Shown here: positions 35,924-46,692 of the stretch, piece by piece
Layout: the number at the start of each line of letters is the position of its first letter
How positions within the stretch are numbered: position 1 is the stretch's first letter
Assembly (NCBI GenBank): GCA_965116255.1
Contig: OZ220670.1
Span: 1,009,467-1,073,466 of the forward strand
Reading direction: 5' to 3'
Length of the DNA stretch: 64,000 bases
DNA from: Dehalococcoidia bacterium
GTDB taxonomy: Bacteria > Chloroflexota > Dehalococcoidia > Lucifugimonadales > Australimonadaceae
Notes under the pieces: model-generated
What the model saw: only the letters and a program-made list of their open reading frames with translations
The model's database searches: none
What the model was told of the DNA's origin: nothing
Position numbers and translations under genes: made by a program

Positions 35924-36415
35924 GTGGACGCATACACTGCCATTCGCACGAAGCGCGACACGCGCGCCTACAGCAGCGCGCCGTTGCCTGGCGACGTGCG
36001 CCGACGCATCCTGCAGGCGGGGCGCATGGCCGGCTCGTCCAAGAACGCGCAGCCGTGCCACTTCATCGCCGTCGATTCGGCCGACCAGCGGCAGGCGCTA
36101 TCGGCATGCGGCGACTACATGCGCCACGTCCCGAGCGCACCATGGGTGGTGGCCATCGCCATGCCGGAGGAACACACGTTGTTCGACGCCGGACGCGCAG
36201 CGCAGAACATGATGGTCGCTGCGTGGGCCGAGGGCGTCGCCTCGTGCCCGGTTACCGCCCACGACACCGAGTGCGCGCAACTGGTGCTCGGCCTGCCTGC
36301 CGGAATGCGCGCGATGTACGTCGTTGCGTTCGGCTATCCGCCGGAGGGCGAACGGATCGGCGGCGGGAGCAAGCGAAAGCCCCTTGATTCCATCGTCCAC
36401 CACGAGCGCTGGTAG
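35924..36415 (+). CDS. nitroreductase-family protein
   Basis: Only the 3' third of the 448-aa supplied ORF is protein-like: VDAYTAIRTKRDTRAYSSAPLPGDVRRRILQAGRMAGSSKNAQPCHFIAV… (nitroreductase fold), with a GTG start. Its stop overlaps the trpE start by 1 nt. Confidence 0.7.
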   Translation: MDAYTAIRTKRDTRAYSSAPLPGDVRRRILQAGRMAGSSKNAQPCHFIAVDSADQRQALSACGDYMRHVPSAPWVVAIAMPEEHTLFDAGRAAQNMMVAAWAEGVASCPVTAHDTECAQLVLGLPAGMRAMYVVAFGYPPEGERIGGGSKRKPLDSIVHHERW

Positions 36416-37863
36416 TGGCTGGCTACACCCCATCGCTGGATGAGTTCCGCGCGCTCGCGCAAGAGGGCAACCTCGTGCCCGTCTACCGCGAGGTACGCGC
36501 CGACCTGGAGACGCCCGTCTCGGCATTCCTCAAGATCGCGCGCGGGCCCTACTCCTTCCTCTTCGAATCGGTCGAGGGCGGCGAGCGCCTCGCGCGCTAC
36601 TCCTTCATGGGCACGGAGCCTCGCCGCGTGGTGCGCACGGGCCCGGGCCAGGCTGACGGCACTGGCGACCCGCTTCTGCACGTCGAGCGCGAGCTAGCGG
36701 GCGCACAACCCGTCGCCATCGCCGGGCTGCCCCCCTTCATCGGCGGCGCCGTCGGCTACCTGGCGTTCGAGTGCGTCCACTACTTCGAGCCGCGTGTACC
36801 GCAACCGCAGCGCGATCTGCTCGGCGTGCCCGAGTCGGTGTTCATGTTCACTGACACGCTGCTCGTCTTCGACCACGTAAGACACGTGATCCAGGTCGTC
36901 AGCCACGCCCAGGTTGGCGGCGGCGCCGACGCCGCCTATGCCGATGCCACGGCGCGCATCGACGCCATGGTGTCGCGGCTGGCGGAGCCGCTGACGCCGC
37001 CTCTGCGCCCCGCAAGCCCGAGCGCAGACAACGTCGAAGCGTTGTCCAACAAGACGGAGGCGCAGTACCACGGCATGGTGCAGCGGGCGCGCGAGTACAT
37101 CATCGCCGGCGACGCCATCCAGGTCGTCCCATCCCAGAGGCTCGCGCGCCCGACGACGGCGACCCCGTTCGAACTGTACCGCTCGCTTCGGGCCGTCAAC
37201 CCTTCGCCGTACATGTACTACCTGCACCTGGACGACTTCGACATCGTCGGGGCGTCGCCGGAGATGCTGGTGCGCGTGCAGGACGGCAACATCGACACGC
37301 ACCCCATCGCCGGAACACGCCGGCGCGGTGCAGATGAGGAAGAGGACGCGGCGCTCGAGGCCGAACTACGTGGTGACGAAAAGGAGCGCGCGGAGCATGT
37401 CATGCTGCTCGATCTGGGCCGCAACGACGTGGGCCGAATCGCGCGGCCCGGCTCGGTGCGCGTGACGCAGATGATGGACGTGGAGCGCTACAGCCACGTC
37501 ATGCACCTCGTCTCGCACGTCACGGGGCAGCTCGACGACGGCCGCACAGCCTATGACGCGTTGCGCTCGTGCTTTCCGGCGGGCACGGTGTCGGGCGCGC
37601 CAAAGATCCGTGCGATGGAGATCATCACGGAGCTGGAGGGCGAGCGCCGCGGGCCGTACGCGGGTGCCGTCGGCTACTTCTCCTTCGACGGCAACATGGA
37701 TACGGCCATCGGCATCCGAACGATGACGGTAAAGGACGGCGTCGCCTACATTCAGGCTGGGGGAGGCGTCGTCTACGACAGCGACTCTGAATTCGAGCGA
37801 TTGGAGTCGCTGGCCAAAGCGCGGGCGGCGCTGCGCGCCATAGCTGACGCGGAGGGCGCGTAG
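36415..37863 (+). CDS. trpE: anthranilate synthase component I
   Basis: Chorismate-binding enzyme signature (…LLDLGRNDVGRIA…, …GAPKIRAMEII…EGERRGPYAGAVGYF…). 482 aa. Confidence 0.93.
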   Translation: MAGYTPSLDEFRALAQEGNLVPVYREVRADLETPVSAFLKIARGPYSFLFESVEGGERLARYSFMGTEPRRVVRTGPGQADGTGDPLLHVERELAGAQPVAIAGLPPFIGGAVGYLAFECVHYFEPRVPQPQRDLLGVPESVFMFTDTLLVFDHVRHVIQVVSHAQVGGGADAAYADATARIDAMVSRLAEPLTPPLRPASPSADNVEALSNKTEAQYHGMVQRAREYIIAGDAIQVVPSQRLARPTTATPFELYRSLRAVNPSPYMYYLHLDDFDIVGASPEMLVRVQDGNIDTHPIAGTRRRGADEEEDAALEAELRGDEKERAEHVMLLDLGRNDVGRIARPGSVRVTQMMDVERYSHVMHLVSHVTGQLDDGRTAYDALRSCFPAGTVSGAPKIRAMEIITELEGERRGPYAGAVGYFSFDGNMDTAIGIRTMTVKDGVAYIQAGGGVVYDSDSEFERLESLAKARAALRAIADAEGA

Positions 37864-37888
37864 CCCCGGGCGGCTACAATGTGCGGCG

Positions 37889-38476
37889 ATGATCCTCCTG
37901 ATCGACAACTTCGACTCGTTCACCTTCAACCTGCGCCAGTACCTGTGTGAGCTGGGTGCGGAGGTTACGACGGTGCGCAACGACGCCGTAACGACCGATG
38001 ACATCGCGGCGATGGCGCCGGAGCGTATCGTGATCTCACCCGGCCCATGCACTCCCGCCGAAGCAGGGGTCTCCGTCGAAGTCGTGCGCCAATTCGGCCC
38101 AAAGGTCCCGCTGCTCGGCGTCTGCCTTGGACACCAGTGCATCGGCGCAGCCTACGGCGCTACCGTCGCGGGAGCCGGCGAAATCGTCCACGGCAAGACG
38201 AGCACCATCAGCCATGACGGCGGAGGCGTGTTCGCGGGATTGCCCAACCCGTTCGAGGCCATCCGCTACCACTCGCTAGCCATCCTTTCCCATAGCGTCC
38301 CGGCCGAGTTGGAGGTGACCGCGCGAAGCGACAGCAACGTCATCATGGGCGTCCGCCATCGAGAGCATCCCGTCGAGGGTGTCCAATTCCACCCCGAGTC
38401 CATCATGACGGCGGTCGGCCACGATCTGCTCCGTAACTTCCTCGCCGCGCCCGCGCCGCAGGGGGTGACAGCGTGA
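37889..38476 (+). CDS. trpG: anthranilate synthase component II (glutamine amidotransferase)
   Basis: Class I GATase triad (GVCLGHQ…, …H… EGVQFHPES). 195 aa. Confidence 0.92.
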   Translation: MILLIDNFDSFTFNLRQYLCELGAEVTTVRNDAVTTDDIAAMAPERIVISPGPCTPAEAGVSVEVVRQFGPKVPLLGVCLGHQCIGAAYGATVAGAGEIVHGKTSTISHDGGGVFAGLPNPFEAIRYHSLAILSHSVPAELEVTARSDSNVIMGVRHREHPVEGVQFHPESIMTAVGHDLLRNFLAAPAPQGVTA

Positions 38477-39513
38477 TTCGCGAGGCCATCGCAAAGCTCA
38501 CCGAGGGCATCAGCCTTACCGAAACGGAGGCCTCGCAGGTCGCCGAGGAGATCATGGCAGGCGAGGCGACGCCGGCGCAGATAGGCGCGTATCTCGTCTC
38601 GCTCCGCATCAAGGTCGAATCGGTTGCCGAAATATCGGGCATGGCGCGCGTCATGCGCGAGCAGGCGCTGCGCGTACCGGTCGACTACGACGTCATTGAC
38701 GTCGTCGGCACGGGCGGCGGTGGAGAGGGGACCTTCAACATCTCGACCGCCGCGGCATTTGTCGTCGCCGCAGCCGGCCTTAAGGTGGCCAAGCACAACA
38801 ATCGCGCCGCCTCCGGGCGCATGGGCTCGGCCGACCTGCTTGAAGCCAAGGGCATCCGCCCGGATCTCCCTCCGGAGGCCGTCAAGCGATGCATCGATGA
38901 GGTGGGTATCGGCTTCATGTTCGCGCCGGCGTTCCACCCTGCGACGCGACACGCCGCGCCGGTGCGCCGCGAGCTAGGCGTGCGCACCATATTCAACATA
39001 CTCGGCCCGCTCACCAATCCCGCATTCGCGCGATACCAGCTCGTCGGGATCAGCCAGCCTAGTGTCGTCGCCACGGGACTGCAGCCTGAACTGGGCGAGA
39101 TGATGGCGCAGACGCTCGTTGGCCTCGGCTCCAAACGCGCATGGGTCGTCCGCAGCGAAGACGGCCTCGACGAGTTGACGACGAGTGCTCCAAACCTCGT
39201 CTGGGAGGCAAGCGACGGCGCGGTGCGCCACTTCACGCTGAGCGTCGGTGATACGGGTCTTGATCCCGCCCCTCTCTCAGCATTCCAACCGGCAGATGCG
39301 GAAGGCCACGTCGCGATGTTCGATGCGGCGCTGGCGCAGGGAGACTCCCCGCAGAAGGACGTTGTGCTGCTGAACGCGGGCGCCGCACTTGCTGTTTCCG
39401 GCAAGGTGAGCGAATTGCACGAAGGCATTGCACTGGCGCGCGAGGCAGTGGACAGCGGCGCCGCAGCAGCGTGCGTCCGCCAGTTGGCCGAACTCGTTCA
39501 CTCGTTAGGATAG
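38473..39513 (+). CDS. trpD: anthranilate phosphoribosyltransferase
   Basis: DVVGTGGGGEGTFNISTAAAFVVAAAG…KHNNRAASGRMGSAD. 346 aa. Overlaps the trpG stop. Confidence 0.92.
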   Translation: MIREAIAKLTEGISLTETEASQVAEEIMAGEATPAQIGAYLVSLRIKVESVAEISGMARVMREQALRVPVDYDVIDVVGTGGGGEGTFNISTAAAFVVAAAGLKVAKHNNRAASGRMGSADLLEAKGIRPDLPPEAVKRCIDEVGIGFMFAPAFHPATRHAAPVRRELGVRTIFNILGPLTNPAFARYQLVGISQPSVVATGLQPELGEMMAQTLVGLGSKRAWVVRSEDGLDELTTSAPNLVWEASDGAVRHFTLSVGDTGLDPAPLSAFQPADAEGHVAMFDAALAQGDSPQKDVVLLNAGAALAVSGKVSELHEGIALAREAVDSGAAAACVRQLAELVHSLG

Positions 39514-39542
39514 GCGATACTGCGAAAGGAGGCGCCGACGCA

Positions 39543-40340
39543 ATGGCAACGACGGGCACCATCCTGGACAAGATATTCGAGCGCAAGCGCGTGGAAGTGG
39601 AACGCCTCAAGCGCGAGAAGCCACTGTCGGAGTTGGAGTCGGAGCTGAAGGAGCAGGCTCCCGCGCTCAACTTCTCCGGCGCGCTGTGGGGCGATAGTGT
39701 GCGCCTCATCGCCGAGGTGAAGAAGGCGTCGCCGTCGCGCGGCGTGATGGCGGAGAACTACGACCCCGTTGGCCTCTCCAACTTCTACGCCGGCAACGGC
39801 GCAGCGGCCATCTCAGTGCTGACGGAGGTCGAGCACTTCCAGGGCTCGCTCGACCACCTGCGAGATGTAAAGGCCGCGGTCGGCCCCAGGGGGATCCCGG
39901 CGCTGCGCAAGGACTTCATCTACGATCCCTACCAGCTCTACGAGGCTCGTGCGGCGGGCGCGGACGCGGCGCTGCTGATCGTCGCCATGCTCGAGCAGCC
40001 CCTGCTCGAGGAACTGATGGCGGCGGCGCATGGCCTGTGGCTGCAACCGCTTGTCGAGTGCCACGACGAGGAGGAGGTCGAGCGCGCGCTCCAATCGGGC
40101 GCAGAGGTCATCGGCATCAACCACCGCGACCTGAAGACGTTTACCGTCGACACCTCCCTCTCCGTGCGGCTCCGTCCGCTCATTCCGCAAGGAAAGATCA
40201 TCGTCGCAGAGAGCGGCATCCACGCTGCCGAGGACGTGAAGCCGCTGAAGGCGGCGGGCATCAACGCTATCCTCGTTGGCGAGGCGCTGGTGACCGCGGG
40301 TAACACGGCGGAGAAGGTGATTGAGCTGAGCAGCGTATGA
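39543..40340 (+). CDS. trpC: indole-3-glycerol phosphate synthase
   Basis: IAEVKKASPSRG…, …GINHRDLKTF…, …ESGI… 265 aa from the ATG at 39543. Confidence 0.9.
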   Translation: MATTGTILDKIFERKRVEVERLKREKPLSELESELKEQAPALNFSGALWGDSVRLIAEVKKASPSRGVMAENYDPVGLSNFYAGNGAAAISVLTEVEHFQGSLDHLRDVKAAVGPRGIPALRKDFIYDPYQLYEARAAGADAALLIVAMLEQPLLEELMAAAHGLWLQPLVECHDEEEVERALQSGAEVIGINHRDLKTFTVDTSLSVRLRPLIPQGKIIVAESGIHAAEDVKPLKAAGINAILVGEALVTAGNTAEKVIELSSV

Positions 40341-41041
40341 CTCAGGCCAAGATCTGCGGATTCACGACCGTCGAGCCGTTGCTGGCTGCTGCCGACGCTG
40401 GCGCCGACGCGCTGGCTCTCGTGTTCGTTCCGGGACTCAAGCGCACTCTTAGCGCCGACCAGGGGCAGGAACTGGTAGATGCGTTGCGGGCGCACGCAGG
40501 CAGCAACGCTCCGGTCGTCGTCGGCATCTTCGGCGACCAGCAGGCAGAGGAGGTCAACGCCATCTCGGAGCGCCTTGACCTCGACTGGGTGCAGTTGACG
40601 GGTGGCGAGGGCATGGCCTACTGCGCCCAGATGACACGGCCCGTCTACAAAGCCATCGGCATCGACCCCGACCTGCCGAAATCGGCTGTCATGGTGCCCG
40701 CAATGGTCATGGCGCAGCGCCACACGATGGCGGGGCACCGCATCATCATCGACGCGCGGCCGAAGGGGGCTTACGGGGGCACCGGCCAGACATACGACTG
40801 GAGCATCGCAGCCGACCTGAGCATGGCGTTCGACCTCAGCCTGGCGGGCGGCCTCACACCCGATAACGTCGCCGACGCGATCGCCGAAGTGCGGCCCTGG
40901 GGTGTCGACACGTCCAGCGGCGTGGAGACGGACGGCCAGAAAGACCTCGACAAGATACGCGCCTTCGTCCAAGCCGTGCGCGAGGCCGACCGCAAGCCTC
41001 GGCGAGGGGGGCTCTTTCGCATATTTGGGAGGTCGGCATGA
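40337..41041 (+). CDS. trpF: phosphoribosylanthranilate isomerase
   Basis: [10 protein letters not shown]… PRAI fold. 234 aa, somewhat longer than typical TrpF. Overlaps the trpC stop. Confidence 0.85.
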   Translation: MTQAKICGFTTVEPLLAAADAGADALALVFVPGLKRTLSADQGQELVDALRAHAGSNAPVVVGIFGDQQAEEVNAISERLDLDWVQLTGGEGMAYCAQMTRPVYKAIGIDPDLPKSAVMVPAMVMAQRHTMAGHRIIIDARPKGAYGGTGQTYDWSIAADLSMAFDLSLAGGLTPDNVADAIAEVRPWGVDTSSGVETDGQKDLDKIRAFVQAVREADRKPRRGGLFRIFGRSA

Positions 41042-42228
41042 GCACCAGCGTTCCCGACACGCACGGCCGCTACGGTCAGTACGGCGGCCAATTCGTCCCC
41101 GAGACGGTCATGCCCGCGCTCGCAGAGTTAGAGGCAGCCTACTGCGACGCGATGGCCGACCGCGAATTCCTGGCTGAACTGGACTCCCTCCTGCGCAACT
41201 ACGTAGGGCGGCCAACGCCCATCTACCACGCGCGGCGACTGAGCGAGCACCTGGGGGGCGCGCAGATCTATCTGAAGCGCGAGGACCTGTGCCACACGGG
41301 CGCCCACAAGATGAACAACGCCATCGGTCAGGCGCTGCTGGCGAAGCGGATGGGCAAGCGCCGCGTCGTCGCAGACACCGGCGCAGGGCAGCACGGCGTT
41401 GCATCCGCCACGGCGTGCGCGATGCTAGGCCTCGAGTGCGACGTCTACATGGGCACGGAGGACATGCAGCGCCAGGAGCCGAACGTCTTCCGCATGCGAT
41501 TGCTTGGTGCGACGGTGCACCCCGTCGACGCCGGTTCCCGCACGCTCAAGGAGGCGGTAAGCGCAGCAATCCGCGACTGGGTGACGAACGTAAGCAACAC
41601 GCACTTCCTCATCGGCAGCGCGGTCGGGCCGCACCCCTACCCGCTCATCGTACGCGACCTGCAGACCGTCATCGGCAGAGAGGCCCGAGCCCAGATGCTC
41701 GAGAGCGTGGGGCGCCTACCCGACCACGTCGTCGCGTGCGTGGGCGGCGGCTCGAACGCCATCGGCATATTCCATGCCTTCCTCGACGACCCGGGCGTGG
41801 CTCTTGTCGGTGTCGAAGCAGGCGGCGAGGGCGTCGCGAGCGGCAATCACGCCGCCACGCTGACGGCCGGACGTGCGGGCGTTCTTCACGGCTCGATGTC
41901 CTACCTGCTGCAGACGCCCGAGGGCCAGGTCCTCCCAACCCACAGCATTTCGGCAGGGCTCGACTACCCGGGCGTCGGGCCAGAGCACTCGTGGTTGAAG
42001 GACACCGAGCGCGCGCTGTACGTCAACGTCACCGACGATCAGGCCGTCGCCGCGCTGCGCGCGTTGAGCGAGACGGAGGGCATCATCCCCGCGCTCGAGC
42101 CGTCGCACGCCATGGCCTACGTCATCGAGACGCTTGCGCCGTCGCTGCCGAACACCGACACCATTCTCGTCAACCTAAGCGGCAGGGGCGACAAGGACCT
42201 CGGCACCATCATGGCCCGCGGGGCCTGA
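41038..42228 (+). CDS. trpB: tryptophan synthase beta chain (TrpB1-type)
   Basis: PLP-lysine motif [15 protein letters not shown] and GGGSNAIG. 396 aa. No trpA follows. Confidence 0.93.
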   Translation: MSTSVPDTHGRYGQYGGQFVPETVMPALAELEAAYCDAMADREFLAELDSLLRNYVGRPTPIYHARRLSEHLGGAQIYLKREDLCHTGAHKMNNAIGQALLAKRMGKRRVVADTGAGQHGVASATACAMLGLECDVYMGTEDMQRQEPNVFRMRLLGATVHPVDAGSRTLKEAVSAAIRDWVTNVSNTHFLIGSAVGPHPYPLIVRDLQTVIGREARAQMLESVGRLPDHVVACVGGGSNAIGIFHAFLDDPGVALVGVEAGGEGVASGNHAATLTAGRAGVLHGSMSYLLQTPEGQVLPTHSISAGLDYPGVGPEHSWLKDTERALYVNVTDDQAVAALRALSETEGIIPALEPSHAMAYVIETLAPSLPNTDTILVNLSGRGDKDLGTIMARGA

Positions 42229-42330
42229 GCAGTCCGCGCCGTTGACCCTGCACTGCGAGGGTGGTACGTTCTGGAGCGGCCTGCGACTCGCTCTGCGATA
42301 AGTGCGCCACACCGGCCGCGAGAGGGATGG

Positions 42331-42702
42331 ATGCCCGCACCCGGCTACGCCACCGACTGGACCGCAATCGCATTGGCGGGCGTGTTCGGATTCGTGGCGT
42401 TGGCGGGCATGTTCATCGCAGCGCGGCTGCTCGCCCCCCGGCGAGCGTCGTCCACCAAGGCCATCCCCTACGAATCGGGCATACGCCCTGAGCCGCTCGG
42501 CTGGTCGCAATTCAATGTCCGCTACTACATCTTCGCCATCCTCTTCCTCATCTTCGACGTGGAGGCGGTCTTCCTCTTCCCGTGGGCGCTGGTGTTCTTG
42601 GAGACGGCGAGCTACGTCTTCTACGCGATGATGCTCTTCATCGTCATCCTGCTATTCGGCGTCGCCTACGCTTGGCGCCGGGGAGCGATGGAATGGCGGT
42701 AG
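42331..42702 (+). CDS. nuoA: NADH-quinone oxidoreductase subunit A
   Basis: Three TM helices, YESGI…, [15 protein letters not shown]. Confidence 0.9.
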   Translation: MPAPGYATDWTAIALAGVFGFVALAGMFIAARLLAPRRASSTKAIPYESGIRPEPLGWSQFNVRYYIFAILFLIFDVEAVFLFPWALVFLETASYVFYAMMLFIVILLFGVAYAWRRGAMEWR

Positions 42703-43316
42703 AGCACGGGCCCCCGGCTGAGGAGCCGCGCGGCCAATCCGTGCCCCTCTTCGTGCCCGCTCGCTGGGAACGAGAGCGGGACGGACGCTTCCTTGACACG
42801 GAGGAGGGCGGCGGGATCTCCACGGGCAAGGGCAATCGGCCCGCGCCCAACGCGCTCTCCGCCGCGCCGGGCGTCGTCACCAGCACCGTCGACCAGCTGG
42901 CCTCACTTGCGCGGAGCAACTCGCTCTGGACGCTCACCTTTGGGCTGGCGTGCTGCGCCATTGAGATGATCTCGGCGCACATGGCCCACCACGACCTCGA
43001 CCGCTTCGGCGTCATCACGTGGCCGTCGCCTCGCCAGTCGGACGTGATGATCGTGGCGGGGACGGTGGTGAAGAAGATGGCGGAGCCCATTCGTCTGCTC
43101 TACGAGCAGATGCCCGACCCGAAGTGGGTGATAGCCATGGGCACCTGCGCGACGAGCGGCGGCCCCTACTACCGCTCTTACAGCGTGGTCATGGGCGTGG
43201 ACCACATCGTCCCGGTCGACGTCTACGTGCCGGGATGCCCGCCGCGCCCCGAGGCGCTCATGGACGGCATCATGAAATTGCAGCACAAGATTCGAAGCGA
43301 CGCGAAGGAGCGCTAG
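42693..43316 (+). CDS. nuoB: NADH-quinone oxidoreductase subunit B
   Basis: N2 cluster cysteines (GLACCAIEM, …GTCA…, …PGCPP). The start is at the internal ATG, overlapping the nuoA end by 10 nt. Confidence 0.9.
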   Translation: MAVEHGPPAEEPRGQSVPLFVPARWERERDGRFLDTEEGGGISTGKGNRPAPNALSAAPGVVTSTVDQLASLARSNSLWTLTFGLACCAIEMISAHMAHHDLDRFGVITWPSPRQSDVMIVAGTVVKKMAEPIRLLYEQMPDPKWVIAMGTCATSGGPYYRSYSVVMGVDHIVPVDVYVPGCPPRPEALMDGIMKLQHKIRSDAKER

Positions 43317-43317
43317 G

Positions 43318-43896
43318 TTGGGCGAGCAGAACCCTGAACAGCCCGCAGCGAACGCCGCCGCGCAGCCCAGCGAGCCGGCGGAGGAGCGACCTGCGCGCCG
43401 CGAGCCCGCTGTTCAGATCGCCGAAGAGGTGCTGAACGAACGAGGCGAGCGAACCGCAACGCACCTGGCGCGCATAGCCGGCGACGCTGCGATTGAATCG
43501 GGCGGGCGGGACGAGATGCCGTGGGTGCGAATCGAGCCTGACCGCTTGCCCGCGCTGGCGAGGCGCTGCCGCGACGACGCCGTGCTCAAGGCCGACATGC
43601 TCCACTGCCTCCTCGCCGTCGACTACGTCGATCACATCGAGCTGGACTACGTGCTGTTCGGGATCGGCAGCGGCCACCGCGTCTTACTGAAGACGAGCGT
43701 GCCCGCCGACAACCCCGTCGCGCCAACTCTCACGCACCTGTGGGAGGCTGCAGCGTGGTACGAGCGCGAGGCCCACGACCTTTTCGGCGTCACGTTCGAA
43801 GGGAACGACGACCTCGAGCCGCTGCTGCTGTTCGAGGGATTCGAGGGGCACCCGGGCCTGAAGTCATTCCCATTGCACGAGTACGACGAGTGGTAG
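43318..43896 (+). CDS. nuoC: NADH-quinone oxidoreductase subunit C
   Basis: 30-kDa subunit fold (…LLAVDYVDH…, …EREAHDLFGV…). TTG start. Confidence 0.85.
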   Translation: MGEQNPEQPAANAAAQPSEPAEERPARREPAVQIAEEVLNERGERTATHLARIAGDAAIESGGRDEMPWVRIEPDRLPALARRCRDDAVLKADMLHCLLAVDYVDHIELDYVLFGIGSGHRVLLKTSVPADNPVAPTLTHLWEAAAWYEREAHDLFGVTFEGNDDLEPLLLFEGFEGHPGLKSFPLHEYDEW

Positions 43897-43897
43897 T

Positions 43898-45013
43898 GTG
43901 ACGATGCACGCGCGAGGCACCGAAACGGTCGACATGATGCTGAACATGGGGCCGCAGCACCCTGCGACCCATGGCGTCTTCCGGATGGTTCTGTCCATCG
44001 ACGGCGAGCGCGTCGCCGGCGTACGTCCCCACATCGGCTACCTCCATCGCGGCTCCGAGAAGCTCAGCGAGAACGAGTCTTACGGACAGGTCATCACCCT
44101 CTTCGACAGGCTGGACTACGTCTCCAACCTGAACAACGAGTTGGCGTTCGTGCTGGCGGCGGAGCGGCTAATGGGAGTAGAGGCGCCCGAGCGCGCGCAG
44201 TACATCCGCGTCCTACTCTGCGAACTGAACCGCGTGGCAAGCCATCTGCTCTTCATCGGCACCTACGCACTCGACGTGGGGGCAATGACGCCGGTCATGT
44301 ACACGTTCCGCGAACGCGAGCGCCTCCAAAACCTGTTTGAGCACGTCACCGGCGCACGCATGATGCACAACTACTTTCGCATCGGCGGCGTCAAGGAGGA
44401 CTTGCCGGACGACTTCGCCGCGCGAGTTCGCGCACTGGTCGGTGAACTGCACAAGGGCGTCGAGGAGACCGACCGCCTGCTCACCTTCAACGAGGTCTTC
44501 CTGGCACGCACCCGCGGCATCGGTGTCATCGACGCGCGCACGGCGATCTCCTGCGGTCTCACGGGTCCATGCCTCAGAGGCAGCGGCATCGCCTACGACG
44601 CTCGCAGGGACGATCCCTACGAGGTGTACGACCGGCTGGACTTCGGCGTGCCCATCGGCGAGTTGGGCGACTGCTGGGACCGCTACTGGGTGCGCGTGCG
44701 CGAGTGCTACGAATCGCTGCGCATCGTAGAGCAGGCGCTCGAGCAGATGCCAGAAGGCGAGACGATGGCGCCGGGCCGCCGCATCGTCCGGCCTCCGAAA
44801 GGCGAGGCGTACGTCCACTGCGAGAATCCGCGCGGCGACATCGGCGTCTTCCTGGTCAGCGACGGCTCCGACAAGCCCTACCGGGTCAAGGTGCGCCCGC
44901 CTTCCTTCTGCAACCTCGTTGGGCTGGAGCCAATGCTCGAGGATGCGTACGTGTCGGACGCCGTCGCCATACTGGGCTCGCTTGACATCGTCCTCGGCGA
45001 GGTGGATCGGTGA
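43898..45013 (+). CDS. nuoD: NADH-quinone oxidoreductase subunit D
   Basis: 49-kDa subunit (…GPQHPATHGVFRM…, HRGSEKL…). GTG start. Confidence 0.92.
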   Translation: MTMHARGTETVDMMLNMGPQHPATHGVFRMVLSIDGERVAGVRPHIGYLHRGSEKLSENESYGQVITLFDRLDYVSNLNNELAFVLAAERLMGVEAPERAQYIRVLLCELNRVASHLLFIGTYALDVGAMTPVMYTFRERERLQNLFEHVTGARMMHNYFRIGGVKEDLPDDFAARVRALVGELHKGVEETDRLLTFNEVFLARTRGIGVIDARTAISCGLTGPCLRGSGIAYDARRDDPYEVYDRLDFGVPIGELGDCWDRYWVRVRECYESLRIVEQALEQMPEGETMAPGRRIVRPPKGEAYVHCENPRGDIGVFLVSDGSDKPYRVKVRPPSFCNLVGLEPMLEDAYVSDAVAILGSLDIVLGEVDR

Positions 45014-46143
45014 CGCTGGAGGCGCGAGACGTCCTGTGGGCGGCCATCGGCCTGTTCGCGCTCTTCAACGCGCTGCTCATCGGCACGATGGTCTTGAACT
45101 GGACGGAGCGCAAGTTCCTGGGACGCCTGCAGGGGCGCGTCGGGCCGACGCGCGTTGGCCCGTTCGGCCTCCTGCAGCCGCTCGCGGACGCGATGAAGCT
45201 AGTGCTGAAGGAAGACGTGTCGCCGGGGCCGGCGGCGCGCGCCATCTTCTGGGTCTCGCCGATGCTCATCTTCGTGCCGGCGTACGTCGTCTGGCTTGCG
45301 GTGCCCGTTGCGCCCGGCCTGGTCATCCGCGCGCTGGACCTGGGCATCTTCTTCTTTATCGCCTTCTCGGTGCTCAGCATCGTTGGGCTGGTGCTGGCCG
45401 GGTGGTCATCGGCGAGCAAGTACGCCGTGCTGGGCAGCTTCCGTTCGGCAGCGCAGCTTGTCTCCTACGAGATTCCCATCATCATGGCTTTGCTCGCGGT
45501 TGTCGTCGCCACGGGGACGATGAACATCGGGGAGGTCGTCGAGCAGCAGGGGAGTGCGCCATTGGTTGCCATCCTGCCTCTCGCCTTCGTGGTGTTCCTG
45601 ATTGCAGGAGTGGCTGAGGTGGGCCGCACGCCGTTCGACATCTACTTCGCAGAGTCGGAGGTCGTCGGCGGGCCGTTCGTCGAATACTCAGGGGCACACT
45701 GGGCCATCTTCTTTCTGGCGGAGTACATCAGCACGCTGCTCATCGCAGTGCTGGCATCGCTGCTGTTCCTCGGAGGCTGGCGCTGGCCGTTCGGAGCCGA
45801 CCTGCCTGCGGCAGCGGCGGCGGCGTTGGTCATGGCCAAGGCCTACCTGGTCGTTCTGGTCATCTTCTGGGTGCGCGCCACCTACCCGCGGCTGCGCATC
45901 GACCAGCTGATGTCGTTCGGGTGGAAGGTGCTGGTGCCACTCTCCTTTGCGGCGGTCATCATCAGCGCAGCGCAGCAGTTCTACGGCTGGCACGCCGCGA
46001 CGTCAACGGTCCTATCGCTGGCTGTCCTGGCGGTGCCGGTAGCGATCCAAGCGCGCTACCAGCGCCGACCGGCGTTGGAGCGGGCACGGCGTTACGCCGA
46101 GCGCGCAATTGCAAACCGACAAGCAACGAGTGTAGGAGGGTAG
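45010..46143 (+). CDS. nuoH: NADH-quinone oxidoreductase subunit H
   Basis: Eight-TM ND1 homologue (…GLLQPLADA…, …RTPFDIYFAESEVVGG…). GTG start overlaps the nuoD stop. Confidence 0.92.
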   Translation: MTLEARDVLWAAIGLFALFNALLIGTMVLNWTERKFLGRLQGRVGPTRVGPFGLLQPLADAMKLVLKEDVSPGPAARAIFWVSPMLIFVPAYVVWLAVPVAPGLVIRALDLGIFFFIAFSVLSIVGLVLAGWSSASKYAVLGSFRSAAQLVSYEIPIIMALLAVVVATGTMNIGEVVEQQGSAPLVAILPLAFVVFLIAGVAEVGRTPFDIYFAESEVVGGPFVEYSGAHWAIFFLAEYISTLLIAVLASLLFLGGWRWPFGADLPAAAAAALVMAKAYLVVLVIFWVRATYPRLRIDQLMSFGWKVLVPLSFAAVIISAAQQFYGWHAATSTVLSLAVLAVPVAIQARYQRRPALERARRYAERAIANRQATSVGG

Positions 46144-46145
46144 CA

Positions 46146-46691
46146 GTGCTTTCAGGGATACGCGGGCTGCTGACGACGCTGCGCTGGCTCTTTCGACGTC
46201 CGGTAACGGCGCACTACCCCAAGCACCACCTTCCCGTGCAGGACCGTTACATGGGCTTCCCCGCGCTGCTGTGGGACGAGACGGCGGACGAGCCGTTCTG
46301 CACCGGATGCATGGTGTGCGTACGCGAGTGCCCGACGCAGTGCATGAGCGCGCAGATGCATGACAATCCGCGGGCGGCGGAGGGGGCCAGCCACCGCCGC
46401 AAGATCATCGAGTCGTTCTCCATCAACCTGAACCGCTGCATCCTGTGCGGCATCTGCGTCGACGTCTGCGCGTTCGACGCCATCGAGATGTCGCATGAGC
46501 ACGAGCTGGGCAGCTTCTCGCGCACCGGTGCGCGCGCCGACCTCCCGATCCTGCTGGACCTAGGGCGGAGCTTCCAAGCCCAGACCCAATGGACGCCGAC
46601 CAACCCCGAGAAGAACGTGGCGCAGGTGGCTCTGGCCAAGCGAGCAGCCGGCGCAGCGGCCAAGGGCGACGGTCAGGAAGAGCCCTCGTAG
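46146..46691 (+). CDS. nuoI: NADH-quinone oxidoreductase subunit I (2x[4Fe-4S] ferredoxin-like), with a C-terminal extension
   Basis: CTGCMVCVRECP and CILCGICVDVCA cluster motifs. GTG start 2 nt after the nuoH stop. The ~35-aa tail (…QTQWTPTNPEKNVAQVALAKRAAGAAAKGDGQEEPS) is extra. Confidence 0.85.
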   Translation: MLSGIRGLLTTLRWLFRRPVTAHYPKHHLPVQDRYMGFPALLWDETADEPFCTGCMVCVRECPTQCMSAQMHDNPRAAEGASHRRKIIESFSINLNRCILCGICVDVCAFDAIEMSHEHELGSFSRTGARADLPILLDLGRSFQAQTQWTPTNPEKNVAQVALAKRAAGAAAKGDGQEEPS

Positions 46692-46692
46692 C

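Noticed and set aside
35807-36061. Sortase extending to the ATG at 36061 (356 aa)
   Set aside because: That extension is antisense to the nitroreductase coding sequence, Arg-rich, and lacks sortase features. It was truncated to the GTG preceding the TM anchor.
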